A stretch of DNA of 64,000 bases from positions 24,552,001-24,616,000 of the forward strand of contig OZ024749.1 in the NCBI GenBank assembly GCA_964016885.1. The letters are read 5' to 3'. The translations under genes were made by a program, and so were the position numbers. The notes below the pieces were generated by a model, which was given only the letters and a program-made list of their open reading frames with translations, was not told where the DNA came from and made no database searches. The DNA comes from Eledone cirrhosa. Lineage: Eukaryota. This document shows, one piece after another, positions 14,400 to 28,546 of the stretch; position 1 is the stretch's first letter, and each line of letters opens with the position of its first letter.

Positions 14400-15916
14400 T
14401 ATATTTAGTTTGATTTATATTTATATTGGAAACTAGCCGATAAATTTTTGATTCCTTAAATTTTTGATTCCTTTTTTTTTTTTTTTTTTCTTTTTTCTTT
14501 ATTTTTATTTTATTTTTATTTAAACATTCCTCATAAAAAATTAAGCTACCCTAAAAGCTGATGCTCCAAATATTTTGAATAAACCTTACACTAGATAAAC
14601 TTCTATATTAAATATAAGAACACACGTAGACCAATTCGGACATCATAAACTTTTTGAAATGATCTTTGCTAGATGTGATTTGATAGATAATTTTTAACTT
14701 TGTCTTATAATGAACTTGGCAATATATTGTCAATTAATTTTGAAGGGTTGATCTTTGTGGTTTATTTTTATTTTTATTTTTTATTTATTTTTTATTATTG
14801 TAGTATTTTATAATATTTTTTATCTTTATTTTTAATATCTTTAATATGAAAGAATTTTTAATACGTAATATATTTTTTAATATGTAATATTTTTAATATG
14901 TAATATTCTTTCGTAATATTTTTTTAGTTTTCTATTTTATTATTACTTATTATTATTATTTTTTTTTTTTAGTTTTTTTTTAGTTTTTTTTTTTTTTAGT
15001 TTTGTTTCTGATATATATTTTATTAGTATATTGAAATCTGCTCTCTATTTCTGCTTGATAGATAATCTTGTAGTGTAAAGACAGGAATAATAATACACAT
15101 ATATGTATACTCAAATTTTTATACCACTTTTTTTATACCACATTGAGAATGTTTTCCGTGAACTTGCAGAGTTGATCATGTGGATGTTTGTAGATATCAC
15201 ATAAACATATGAATTTTTTAACAAACTAAACATAAGATAATTAATTTTCACACACTATGGATACTTGTCTCATTCAGGAATACTGATATTTACAATATAG
15301 TGGAAGTTTTATAAATACTAATACATTAAAACATAGGGTTTTTACGCCTCGAATATATCTGGCTATGTTTAAATTTTTTTCTCTCGCTATTTTTTCTCTC
15401 TCTATATTTTTTTTTCTCTATATATATATCTCCCTTACATTAATACTAGAGCTAATTAAATAAATAAATAAATAAATGTATCATTGATACATTTACTGAA
15501 CTGACCTCCCACTACCTAATTTTCTATATATATATGTATCTATCTCTATTTCCTCTCTCTCTATATATATATATATATCTCTTTCTGTTTCTTTACATGA
15601 AGTTCTTCTCTTTATCTATCTTTCCATCTCTCTATTTTGTACCATGCATTTCTTCTTTTTCTTCCTTTTCTTCGTTTTCTGTCTTTCTTTCTTTTTTCTC
15701 TCTTTCTTTCTCTCTGTGTAAAATTTTTTCACTGCCTGTTTTAACCTCTCCAAATGCAAGTCGGTGTTATTACGGTATGTCGAATCTATTTATCTATAAA
15801 ACTGTTTATATTGTATTTTGTCTGAGGAAGGCATAGCATATTGTTAATATGATATCCCCGAAATATATATAATGAAATAAATATGGTTTTATAAATATAG
15901 TTTCCATTTATTTAAT

Positions 15917-15988
<72 letters not shown>

Positions 15989-16011
15989 CAGATAAATATA
16001 TACATATATAT

Positions 16012-16079
<68 letters not shown>

Positions 16080-16880
16080 GTAGGCCCCGGGTTGAGTCGG
16101 GGATAACCACAGTAAGTAGGGTACTCAATACATGGCAGAGTAAACATTTTTTATTTTATAGAAGGAGCTTCTACAGGACTAGTACTGTTTCATTCAGATA
16201 AAATCTTCAGGAAGCTGGGTGTCATATTAAGTTCTGGTATTTATACATTTAGGTAGTGGCAAGGGAGGGGTGGTGGATGGGGGGGATGGTATTTAGATAC
16301 ACAGGGCCACTTCATGGCACAGGCCGTTTTTTCTATGGGGAGTGGTCAATTAGCCAGAGTGCTTTTTTGAAATAAATAAATAAGTAAATAAATAAATAAA
16401 TGAATAAATAAATAGATAAATGAATAAATAAATAAAATAAATAAAGAAATAAATAAAAAATATATAAATAAAAACCCCAAGAATAGTAATTCAACAGATA
16501 TATAGTAGGGAAATTTCCCTACTATATATCTGTTGAATTACTATTCTTGGGGTTTTTATTTATTTATTTTTTATTTATTTCTTTATTTATTTTATTTATT
16601 TATTCATTTATCTATTTATTTATTCATTTATTTATTTATTTATTTATTTATTTCAAAAAAGCACTCTGGCTAATTGACCACTCCCCATAGAAAAAACGGC
16701 CTGTGCCATGAAGTGGTCCTGTGTATCTAAATACCATCCCCCCCCCCCCAGCCACCACCCTCCCTTGCCACTACCTAAATGTATAGATACCAGAACTTAA
16801 TATGACACCCAGCTTCCTGAAGATTTCATCTGAATGAAACAGTATTAGTCCTGTAGAAGCTCCTTCTATTAAATAAAAAT
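16080..16880. mobile_element. Palindromic pLTR pair (arms ~16150-16513 and 16514-16880) with tail 16080-16150
   Basis: Spacerless centre tagtagggaaa|tttccctacta; an HHR in each arm. Confidence 0.85.
16812..16860 (+). ncRNA. Type I HHR (copy 16167-16215 -)
   Basis: GCTTC CTGAAGA tttcatctgaat GAAA CAG tattagtc CTG TA GAAGC. Confidence 0.8.
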
Positions 16881-16957
16881 AAAAATATATATATATATAT
16901 ATAGATATATATATAGATATATATATAGATAGATAGATATATATTTATATACATATA

Positions 16958-17043
16958 TGTAGGAGGTGAGTTTTATTGTAGTACAATAAAGCAATGCAGA
17001 TATCGGATAAGAAGCACTCTACAGTTTGTAGGACTGGAGTATA
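16958..17043 (-). mobile_element. Solo 3' tail fragment of family F (matches 51131-51215)
   Basis: Reverse complement of atactccagtcttacaaagtgtagagtgct...cacctcctaca. Confidence 0.75.
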
Positions 17044-17151
17044 CATAATATATGTATATTATGTATATGATATATACATATATATAGGTATATATATATA
17101 GATAGATATATATAGATATATATATATACATATATATAGGTATATATATAC

Positions 17152-17264
<113 letters not shown>

Positions 17265-17377
17265 GATATATAGATACATATACATATATATATATATATA
17301 TACATATATATATAGATATAGATATAGATATATATATACACATACATATATATATATAGATATAGATATATACATAT

Positions 17378-17410
<33 letters not shown>

Positions 17411-17418
17411 AATATAAT

Positions 17419-17454
<36 letters not shown>

Positions 17455-17589
17455 TATATATATATATATATACGTATACATATATATAGATATATATATA
17501 CATATACACACACATATATATATATAGATAGATATATATATAGATATATATATATACATATATATATATATAGATATATATAAACATAT

Positions 17590-17626
<37 letters not shown>

Positions 17627-17633
17627 GATATAC

Positions 17634-17683
<50 letters not shown>

Positions 17684-17747
17684 ATTCATATAGTTATATA
17701 TACATATGCATATATATATATATAGAGAGAGAGAGGGAGAGAGAAAG

Positions 17748-17778
<31 letters not shown>

Positions 17779-17783
17779 AAGAG

Positions 17784-17850
<67 letters not shown>

Positions 17851-19039
17851 TACATATACATATATATAGATATATAGATATATATACATATATATATATA
17901 TAGATATATATACATATATATATAGATATATATACTTATATATTTATATATAACCGATATGACAGGATGTTTGCACTATGTTAATGACTTGAATAGATAC
18001 CTACTCTTAATTTACCCTAATTTAATGAAATTGAACATAAAAGGAAATGCTTAATGGAAATCGGGATTTGTGCTCTGTACGCAGAGCCACAAAACTGACC
18101 TACGCAGAGACCCTCTAACGAGGTTGCCAAATCAACCGTATTCCGCGAACAGATATCGTAGCCATGCAATTAAGAGGCGGCATTTTTTCATGTTTTCTTG
18201 TTTTATATGCATATATATGTTAAACTCCTGTAAGTTCCACTCATGTTTCGAAGGAGATGTTGCGTTGATTCTATAATTATTATGGAAATGAAGTTATTCT
18301 TGCAATAGTGCAGGTATACATATTTTTTTCTTCTTTCATGAGAAATTTCCACTTAAGTATGCTTGAAATATCGGAGACAGCTGGAGCCATTTTCGGCCGG
18401 GGATTTTATGATTATAAATGCATGTACATTTATATATTGGATGATTATTAAAAATTTGTTGTGCATATAAAGCTTATATACAAAATACACATATGTACAC
18501 ACTTATATAAACTTGAGGTTTTAGATTGTGTATGAAACCTAAATATTCTCACTGTATTTAAATAACGTGCGAATAGATTAAATTTCACCGTAATCGGACC
18601 CATTAATGTAAGGTATTCTCGGATCAATTAATACCTGTTCAATATTCTAGACACGCTCAGAACTGTTAATCATTTGAGTTTGAAATAGGTTTTAACGGAA
18701 AAGCTATTATCGGGAGTAAGCGTTCGTTCGCATCTTTCTTTATCATGCATGTCCAATAGAAATAACCTCAAGTATTCAACGGGATATTATAAACAGCTTA
18801 CAGCTGACATAGTTTAAATACGTAGTTTGTAGATTGTTTATGTGATTCGATTGGAAAGATTTGGAAATCTAATAGATATCAATTTAATCGATTGAAGTAT
18901 TTCCAGTTTTATCAACGTTGTAGAACATTTCTTCTATAGCATGTACGAGTACACTGGTTTGTTAATATCGCAACTGCCAGGTCAATGAATATATAGATGT
19001 TTAAAGACACTTCTAAAACTGGTAGCTAACTCTCCCTCG

Positions 19040-19325
19040 TTATTTATTTTCCTTTTCCTTTCATCCTTACAGGGTCGATAAAATAAAGTAACAGTAATAC
19101 ACTGGTGTAATTGCTGGTCTTGTGCCAAAAGTAGAAACATTTATTTATTTTAGGCAGTATCGGTGAAGGGTCGGATGCTATGCTTTGCAGCATAGTATTA
19201 CATCCCTTTACGGTCTGACTTCAAATCCGCCGAGGTTAACTTTATCTTTCATCCTCACAGGGTGGATAAAATAAAATACCAGTAATGCACTGAGATAATT
19301 GCTGGCCTTGTGCCAAAATAGAAAG
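19040..19325 (+). mobile_element. Two tandem decayed copies of an octopus-type tRNA-derived SINE
   Basis: tctgacttcaaatccgccgaggttaacttt...ctttcatcct...gtcgataaaataaagtaccagt...ttgctggccttgtgccaaaa; same family at 62820-63010. Confidence 0.7.
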
Positions 19326-19739
19326 TTATTTATGTTCCACGGGTTTTAGGAAATAGTGGATATTTCATATCGCGTTAGATGTATTATGTCTGAAAATAAA
19401 ACCCACTAGTTCTTCATGGCTAAAATATCTTTTATGAGTGTCAACGTTCGTAACCTGAAGTTTTCAGAGGCTGACCAAGATACTCTCTTGAAATGACCAA
19501 ATGATGTTTATTTTTCAACAGAGCACCTACAATGAAACATTCCAGTTATTAATCAGATTTGAAAGTAATGCATCCAAAACTTCACATTTTTAGCATCACT
19601 CCTCCATAGTCAGGCTATGAACGTTTTAGCCGACCCTCATATAAGAATTCTCGGTAAAAAGTGGTTTGTATTAACGAACAACAACCTCCCAATTAATGTC
19701 GATCGTCATATTTATAACCGTTTAAGGGATGTGGATTGT

Positions 19740-20550
19740 CAACATCATGAGTTCGCTGGACAGAATGCTTTACTTCAGTTATTTTAACATTCTACGTCTT
19801 GAAATCAAATTCCACCGAGGTCAACTTTACCCTTCGTTCTCTCAGATTCCGATGAAATATAGTAGTAGTAAAATACTGTAATCAATAACACCGCCCATAC
19901 CACCACAACTAAAAACTTGCTGTATTTGTGCCTAAATATCAGATCAATATTTACTTGACATTAAGAAGGGTGGTGGAACCGCAGTATTGGTAGCGCGTCA
20001 GAATAAATATTTTCTGTTCGGACAAGGTAGGGTGCTACATCCAGACAAAGAAGTGGTGGAATGGTGGAATCGTTAGAGCCCCAGACAAACTTTTTGGCGT
20101 TGCAACAAGGAAGGGTGGTCGAACATCAGAATCGTTATAGCGTCAGATAAATATTTCGTGTTCAGACAAGGAAGGGCGGTGGAAGGACATCATCGTTAGA
20201 GTCTCAGATAAAATATTTTGCGATATCCAATATGGATCCTTATATTTAGAGTTTAAATAACGCCAATGTCAACTTCACGTGTTATCCTTCAGAGAGTGAT
20301 AGTATGAAATACTTAAGTAGTGATCTCGATGTAATTGAATTAATTGATTTAACCCTCTCTACTCCCAAATTACTGGCCTTGAGCCTAAGCTAGAGACCTA
20401 TGTTTATTATAGCCTACTAAAGCTCCAGGCGGTTGGTTTAATTGTCAGGTTCGTTAGAAAATCAGATAGAAAGATTTGCGGTATTCGTTCCGGTGGTGTA
20501 TGTTTCAGTCACGTGGATATTAATTTAGCCTTTAACCCTTTCGTGGTTGA
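19740..20550 (+). mobile_element. Cluster of older SINE copies and reiterated SINE-head-like ~60-bp units (19960-20220)
   Basis: caaattccaccgaggtcaactttacccttc; repeated aaggaagggtggtggaa...atcgttagag...cagataaa. Confidence 0.55.
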
Positions 20551-21449
20551 TAAACGAATTAGAATTTCAAAACTGGGGTCGATTCTTTCTGCCAGTCAGT
20601 CTCTCTTTCTCTCTCTCTTTCTCTCTTTCGATTTCTATCTCTCCCTCACTCTCTTTCACTCTCTCTTTCTACTCCTCATTCGGTCTTTCACTCAGTCTAT
20701 CTGCCTCTCTCTGTCCCTCTCTCTCGCTTTCTCTCGATTGTATTCTGGCTACGCCAGATCAAGATTACCAAAGACTGATCTGGTGGTGGCGCTCTTACGA
20801 TTCCAGCAGCAGCAATTAAATTCCATACACACAATACATACTTAATATACATACCATATATTTCAGATACAGAAAATGTTAATACAGAAATTATATACTG
20901 ATTTGAAAATGCCTACAATCTAGGTCCTGATTTTAAATACTACCGGTATCAACTCTACTTGTCCATCTTCCCCGGGAACATAAGTTAAAATTGTGTTAAA
21001 TAGCTACGAAACGTCCATCAAATTTCTGACCTTGTCAATTATTCTCTTTTCGTATTTGTTCTGAATGTCGACACAATAAATTCGTTTAAATCATCGCTGC
21101 ACATATATTCTAGTATTTTTAGATCAATCTGAATTCATAGATCAGAAGAATTATGAAAAAAAAAAAAACGTAATCATTTGCATTATGTAAGTTAGTATGT
21201 ATTTGTAAAACCAATTTACTGATCGATTTTCATTTCCCGTGTCTCTTCACTCAAATCTCTGATTGAACATAATCTGATTGTGACGTAATTGGTAGTGGAT
21301 TAGCCTGGCAATACATAAATCAATATCTGTCAATGGATGTGTTCAATTTTTCTCTCAATCACATTCTGCAGTATACAAAACTCAGGTTTCCTATTCTCTG
21401 TTTGTATAACGTGGGCGTTGGCTGGTCGCACCGTTAAAGATTTTCGCAA

Positions 21450-21690
21450 AGCGAACACGTGGTTTCGGGTTCGATACATTTTTATAAAGACAAAGACCAC
21501 AGAGAAGAAAGCCATGTCGTCTACTGCTGTATCAATCCACACAGAAGACAATATATCGACCAAGGAAATGGAGAAATTCTCCAAATATAAAGATCTAGTG
21601 ACAGAAATAACCCAAAGTGGATGATGAAAACAGAAGCTAATGCTATGTGAATGCTATCCAACACACAGACAGGAAGAAACCTATAAGTAA
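21450..21690 (+). pseudogene. Remnant of the restriction-like endonuclease C-terminus of an R4/Dong-type non-LTR element
   Basis: AVSIHTEDNISTKEMEKFSKYKDLVTEI matches the D-x-S/A-I-P...KExEKxxKYxDL pattern of RLE LINEs. Confidence 0.6.
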
Positions 21691-21787
21691 TAATAAGAAA
21701 AGCAAAACATAATATAAAATATTATATAATATTATATTACATAATGTTATGTTCATAATTCTTGATTTTCCCTTGCATTTTATTTTG

Positions 21788-21858
21788 AGTAGTAGTAGTA
21801 GCAGCAACAACAGTAGAGGCAGCGGAAGTAGCAGTAGTAGTAGTAGTAGTAGCAGCAA

Positions 21859-21918
<60 letters not shown>

Positions 21919-22200
21919 CTGCAGCAGTTGCAGCAAAAGTAACAGTAGTAGAGTAGTAGTAGCATTAGTGGTAACAGCTGCAACAGGGTTAGCAGTATCT
22001 GCAGTAGTAGTAGTAGCAGCAACAGTAATATTAGTAGCAGTAACAGTAATAGTAGTAGTAGCAGTAGTAATAGCAGTAGTAATAGCAGCAGCATTAACAG
22101 TAGTAGTAGTAGTAGTAGTAAGAGCAACAGTAACAATGATAGTAGCAGTAGCAGTAGTAACAGCAGTAGTAATAGCAGCATCAGTAACAGTAGACGTAGT
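21788..22200. repeat. (AGT)n/(AGC)n trinucleotide microsatellite
   Basis: Direct reading; explains the poly-S/L/T/V ORFs. Confidence 0.95.
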
Positions 22201-22412
22201 ACCATCACTTATATGACGTCCATTATGGTGTTTGCCAATCTCTCTAGTGAATTGTAACAAACGGATATTGAATGGTTAAATTACTTGCAGTAATCGTGTC
22301 CAACTGACATGCGTTACATAATGAAATTCACATTTCAATACATACGAATATATATATATACACATATATATATATATGTGTGTGTGTGTGTGTAATGATA
22401 GATAGATTATAA

Positions 22413-22532
<120 letters not shown>

Positions 22533-22833
22533 GAGAGAGAAAGCGAAATTGGAAATAGCACAGAAAATATATTTCCGGGTCTGTTTTTCTCTTTTTTTCC
22601 TTTCTTTGACCCGTCAAAATGACATTATTGAAAAAATGAGAGGGACAATTCTTTTAAAAAATAGTTTTATAAAGTATATAAAGTATAACCGGTTTCGATG
22701 TATTAGTAAAATTCATCCTATCAAATGTTGAGTATTACAATTAAAAAGAATTAATAAGAATCAAAAACTAAAAATTAAAGATTTTAAATGGAGTTGAGGT
22801 AAGTTTTTATAATCTTCCTTGTGTGTATGTATG

Positions 22834-22983
<150 letters not shown>

Positions 22984-22984
22984 A

Positions 22985-24303
22985 TATAAAGAATTAGTAT
23001 ATCTACTAACATATATATACAGATTCATACCTATGCCAGCAAATATATAGGTTTTGTCTTATTAACTTTGTGGTTCAATGCATGGGGATGCAGAACAATA
23101 ATATGAAAGCCGTAAAATAAGAAAATTATAAAAATTAACTTACTTACTAAAATTTCACTCCAACTAATTAGTTTCTGAAAGGGAATAAACATAGTTTCTG
23201 AAGAAACGTACGGAGAAGCCTTTCGTCATCAGGGAAGTCTATTTTCAGCTAAGTTTCCAGGCAATGTGTGGACACAGGGAACTTATGCAAAAATAATTCA
23301 GTGGATGGAAAAAGGCAAAGCGTGGACTAAGTTCCAAGCCATTGAAAAAATCACTGCCTACTGCGTCGGTGGCAAATTCAAAAGAATCTATCACGTGACA
23401 TCAAGGTTAATCAGTGGGGCGTGTTTTGTTAAGAAGACAACAGCCGAACCGTTACTATGAACTATAGTAGCAGTTTTGGCCAATTTTTGCTCGACAAAAT
23501 AATTTGGAGATAATTATAAAGAATTAGTATATCTACTAACATATATATACAGATGCATACCTATGCCAGCAAATATATAGGCTTTGTCTTAGTAACTTTG
23601 TGGTTCAATGCATGGGGATGCAGAACAATAATATGAAAGACGTAAAATAAAAAAATTATAAAAATTAACTTACTTACTAAAATTTCACTCCAACTAATTA
23701 GTTTCTGAAAGGGAATAAACATAGTTTCTGAAGAAAACGTAAGTTAATTTTTATAATTTTCTTATTTTACGTCTTTCATATTATTGTTCTGCACCCCCAT
23801 GCATTGAACCACAAAGTTACTAAGACAAAACCTATATATTTGCTGGCATAGGTATGCATCTGTATATATATGTTAGTAGATATACTAATTCTTTTTAATT
23901 ATCTCCAAATTATTTTGTCGAGCAAAAATTGGCCAAAACTGCTACTATAGTTCATAGTAACGGTTCGGCTGCTGTGTTCTTAACAAAACACTCCCCACTG
24001 ATTAACCTCGATGTCACGTGATTGATTCTTTTGAATTTGCCACCGACGCGGTAGGCAGTGATTTTTTCAATGGCTTGGAACTTAGTCCACGCTTTGCTTT
24101 TTTCTATCCACTGAATTATTTTTGTATAAGTTCCCTGTGTCCACACATTGCCTGGAAACTTAGCTGAGAATAGACTTCCCTGATGACGAAAGGCTTCTAA
24201 GGACGTTTCTTCGGAAACTATGTTTATTCCCTTTTAGAAAGTAATTAGTTGGAGTGATATTTTAGTAAGTAAGTTAATTTTTATAATTTTCTTATGTTAC
24301 GTC

Positions 24304-24310
<7 letters not shown>
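22985..24310. mobile_element. ORF-less HHR repeat: about 1.4 copies of a 530-bp unit (minus sense, 22985-23737) plus inverted copy 23738-24310
   Basis: cgtaaaataa at 23111 and 23641; diverged relative of 6821-7498; (TA)n flanks. Confidence 0.88.
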
Positions 24311-24359
<49 letters not shown>

Positions 24360-24677
24360 GTGGGAAAGTAAAAAATCGGAGAATAGACCGTTAAAACATG
24401 TTTATTTAAAATATCACCTACGTACGTTTCGCCCAGTTGGGCTTCTCAAGGGCATAAATAATCACAAGTGTTCCTTATATAGTTCGGAAAGAGTTTTGGG
24501 GGTTAAATATACATCAAGATTCATTGCTCGCAAAAATATCTTGTTTTGATTTTGCAGCAGGTCAAGGGAGGTAACTCTGGCCGGTGTTAGGGCAGTCTTT
24601 CCCGGATAATTTGTTGTGCTAACGACAGCTGCGGTAGCGTAGGTAACAACGTAGGCAGCAACAATGATAGCCTTACC

Positions 24678-25136
24678 GTGAGAAATAGACGGAACCGCGA
24701 CAGAAATTGCAACTGCCGCGACAGAGGACGCTGGTCCCTTAGAGGATACTGCTTGACTGATAGGGTTATATATAGATGCACTATTACTAGCCACAATAGC
24801 GTTAAACATTATATAGGGGCCACCTCCGGCCCGTTCAAAATTAGGTTTCGAACACATCTCCACTCTTTCACAAATAGAAAACAAAGGCACTCCACTTCGC
24901 TCGCAGACTACATCACATCACTAAAGGACTTAAACATCAGCTTCTCCACGCAATGGGAGATTGTCGGCAGGGCTGCACCGTACAACTTCAAGAGGAAATG
25001 CGATCTTTGCCTCATGGAGCTCTACCACATCATAACTGCACCCCACGAGCTCATCAACAGCAGAGCTGAAACAGCGATAAGTTGTACACATCGCTTAACA
25101 ATATCCTTCTTTAGATGGGTTAAGAATGAAGAGTGA
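24678..25136 (+). pseudogene. GIY-YIG endonuclease domain of a truncated PLE (Hydra-like)
   Basis: CNCR...VIYRC...YIGAT...FKIRFRTH...STSLADYI...CDLCLME...INSR...CTH. Confidence 0.88.
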
Positions 25137-25427
25137 AATAGTACACTGGATCTCCCTGCAACAAGTCTTAACACCCCGGCGGGCAGGCGCAGCAAAATAA
25201 CACCCAGAAAACAATCCTTGCATACCAGACCCAGCCTCAGACAAACGGATGCGGCAAAAAAAAAAAAAAAAAAAAAAAATCCGGGAAAGACTGCCCTAAC
25301 ACCGGCCAGAGTTACCTCCCTTGACCTGCTGCAAAATCAAACAAGATATTTTTGCGAGCAATGAATCTTGATGTAGATTTAACCCCCAAAACTCTTTCCG
25401 AACTATATAAGGAACACTTGTGATTAT

Positions 25428-25474
25428 TTATGCCCTTGAGAAGCCCAACTGGGCGAAACGTACGTAGGTGATAT
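25428..25474 (+). ncRNA. Minimal HHR with U3-A8 core variant (copy ~24412-24458 -)
   Basis: gccc TTGAGAA GCCCA ac TGGGC GAAA CGTACG TA ggtg; palindromic stem III; stem I weak. Confidence 0.65.
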
Positions 25475-25683
25475 TTTAAATAAACATGTTTTAACGGTCT
25501 ATTCTCCGATTTTTTACTTTCCCACGTGCTTACGCTCTGCTAACTCTCTAGCCCACTAAATATTAACACTTCGAATATTTAATACTGCCGGCACTAGTAT
25601 CGAGCACCTTTGGCATACGCTACTTGACAAATAACTATATGTATCACCTATCCCTCCTTTTTCTCTCTTTCTCGATACGTAAA

Positions 25684-25721
<38 letters not shown>

Positions 25722-25724
<3 letters not shown>

Positions 25725-25825
25725 GAAAGAAGTATGCTAAGGAACCAGGGGACCATAATAGGGTCCTGATATAGCCGTCGAAGCGGCTTGAGCTCTGCTG
25801 TCGAGGTCTTGAACATTTTTATAGG
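25722..25825 (+). mobile_element. Terminal fragment of PLE family E (others at 26780-26930 -, 58400-58562 and 59560-59700)
   Basis: tagccgtcgaagcggcttgagctctgctgtcgaggtc matches 49628-49664. Confidence 0.7.
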
Positions 25826-25834
25826 TATATATTA

Positions 25835-25899
<65 letters not shown>

Positions 25900-25960
25900 G
25901 AAGATGTGCTGAGCCGGGGACCGATCGTCACCTGTTAGTTCAACACTGGCTTTGAGGAGA

Positions 25961-25999
25961 AAGCAACATGTTTCTGGGTCATTACCCTTCATCAGGATT
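25961..25999 (-). ncRNA. Minimal type I HHR in an unclassified ~250-bp island
   Basis: aatc CTGATGA a GGGT aatg ACCC a GAAA CATG TT gctt. Confidence 0.65.
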
Positions 26000-26153
26000 G
26001 TATACATCCTCCAGTGTGTTAAACAGTTGAAAATATACAGTGTTTTCTTAAGTACACATCGGCTGAATCGCCTTATCTGCATGCTGAGCGACTTACAGCT
26101 GCCCTTGCCGAATATTAAAAATAGAATTAGAATTTTATTTCTCGCCATATATA

Positions 26154-26339
26154 CAGGGCGGGCCAGAATTCATGACTCGCTGTTAGTTACATTTCTTAAC
26201 ATGCTTATTTTTTATTGTTATTGTATTGTTTTAATTTATTATGTTATTTCTTAATATGCCTAACTGTTTATTTTTTTATATTTTCACATTTGATCATTTT
26301 ATCAATAATCAAGTGAATCATGAATTCTGGCCCACACTG
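26154..26339. mobile_element. Tc1/mariner-type MITE
   Basis: Imperfect ~25-bp TIRs cagggcgggccagaattcatgactc / gaatcatgaattctggcccacactg; TA at the left end. Confidence 0.7.
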
Positions 26340-26420
26340 TGTGTTTGTGTGTGTGTGTGTGTGTGTGTATTATATATATATTAGGATTGGTGCTCTGAAA
26401 TATCGATGTATACATAAATG

Positions 26421-26489
<69 letters not shown>

Positions 26490-26514
26490 TATCTATTTGT
26501 CTTTTCAAAATCTA

Positions 26515-26551
26515 TCTTCTGATGAAAGAGTAATGTCCGAAACTTCAAGAC
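26515..26551 (+). ncRNA. Degenerate minimal HHR-like motif, followed by a short inverted arm (26555-26635)
   Basis: TCTT CTGATGA aagagtaatgtcc GAAA ct TC AAGA; stem II poor. Confidence 0.4.
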
Positions 26552-26700
26552 TATCTTCCTGCTTTTTCCAGCATTAAACTAATGTGTGTACGTGGAAGAA
26601 GTATATGAGTTTAATGCTGGAAAAAGCAAGAAGAGAGTTTGTTTTCTTATTTTTGTTATTTCTCTTTATATTTTACATACACACACACACAGGCGGCAAA

Positions 26701-26770
<70 letters not shown>

Positions 26771-26929
26771 TACAATTGTTATGAAAAGAGTCAGGACGCC
26801 GATGGCTGAGCTCCGGCCGTTTTGGCAGCTAGATTTGTGTTTGTGTGACATCTTTCCTATTACCCACTCTACTACCCTAAGTACTCTGGTGCGTTATGGT
26901 CTACATGGTTCCTTACCACACTTCCTTTG

Positions 26930-27050
<121 letters not shown>

Positions 27051-27212
27051 CAAACATGCACACACACACACACACAGATATATATATATATATATAAATG
27101 TATGTATAATATAGTTGGTAATATACCGTATGTTTAAGTAAAAACATTTTGAAGACCTCGCGCTAACATTTTTAAAGTAGTGACTACTTTTCGGCAAGAG
27201 AAGGGAGAGAAG

Positions 27213-27302
<90 letters not shown>

Positions 27303-28455
27303 GTATATATATATTCAAACTTAGTCCATTCTTCAAATCATCTCATCATTCACATTTCTTTCTTTCCTTCGACTTCCTGTAATATTTATTTCTCCTATTA
27401 TATCATTATATCTCGTTCTTTTCTTTCATTGGCTCTTTCTCTAACTCGTTCTTTTTTTATCCTTTTCAAACGTAATACACCTGTTCCACTCACTCTCCTT
27501 CCCCACCAACCATGCCCCACAGTGCAGTAATACGTACCAGAACTACAAATTAACTCCGACAGCAGTGAAGGACACAAATAATGGGTGAAGGCGGGAGGGG
27601 GGGGGGGTCGAAGTGGAGTAGTAGTAGTAGGAGGAGCAGAAGAGGAATAAGAATAAGAGAAGTAGAAGAAAGAAGAAGAAAGAGAAGGCAACGATGACGA
27701 CGATGCAGAAGAAGAAAGAGAAGAAGAATTTTAAAGAGCCGAAAAGCAAGGAGAAGAATTCCATGTACGGGAATAAGGAAGAAAAATGGTGAAAACTAAT
27801 TTGCTAGATAACATTCCATCTGTGCACTTCGTAATTACATTACTTACACAACAGCAGTGTTATGTATTCAACAGTTTTTTTTTCTTTTTGCCTTCTTCCT
27901 AGCTTCCTCGCTTTCGTAACCATCACCTACCCTCACCATTACCCCCATCGTCACAAACCTAAACACTATCGCCACCACAACCATCAACAAAAGTCACTGC
28001 AATTTCGTTTCATTATTTCCATCCTTATGTATTCATATACATCTAATAGTAGCGACTCTTTACTAAAGCTTGCACCTGCGTATTGCAGGAAATATGGCGT
28101 ACATTAAAGAGCACGATGTAAATTTAACGATGTTTGGATTCTCTTTTACATTAGGTTTATCTATGGAAAAACAGCAAAGGTGCAAATGTAAAATGTCTAT
28201 AAGAACAACAATACAAATTGAAAATAACGTTGTATGTTGTTGTGTATTTTTTAATGTGAGAATACTTACATTCCTTCTATATAACCTCTCAAAAGCTACA
28301 TGTAATATATTTAGATGTATTTGTTAGCTATATTAATATCTTAATCATTTTCAATGTTTCAACTAATGTTAATTTCGTGTGAGTTTGTGTAAAAACATAA
28401 ATACATTTCTTAACATGCTACCCCACTACACCATATCTATCTATCTCTGTATATT

Positions 28456-28542
<87 letters not shown>

Positions 28543-28546
<4 letters not shown>

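Larger units (their letters stand above)
9227..15920 (-). mobile_element. Full-length Penelope-like element, family A: direct pLTRs 9227-10193 and 13109-14077 flanking the ORF, plus inverted 3' arm 14078-15920
   Basis: Direct repeat offset 3882 bp; 14078-15920 is the reverse complement of ~9316-11165; (TA)n on both sides. Confidence 0.95.
24358..25685 (+). mobile_element. 5'-truncated PLE, family D: inverted pLTR 24358-24606, then endonuclease fragment, 3' UTR and pLTR
   Basis: 24358-24606 is the reverse complement of 25280-25527; GIY-YIG ORF in between. Confidence 0.9.

Noticed and set aside
17950-19040. Unique-looking stretch that might hold a host exon or promoter
   Set aside because: No convincing ORF, splice pattern or recognisable motif
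21643-22260. Poly-Ser/Leu/Thr/Val ORFs resembling mucin or membrane proteins
   Set aside because: Trinucleotide microsatellite open in several frames on both strands
23266-24146. 64-aa ORF present in both arms (MWTQGTY...)
   Set aside because: It is antisense to the ribozyme strand, starts at GTG and is not preserved in the 6.8-7.5 kb relative
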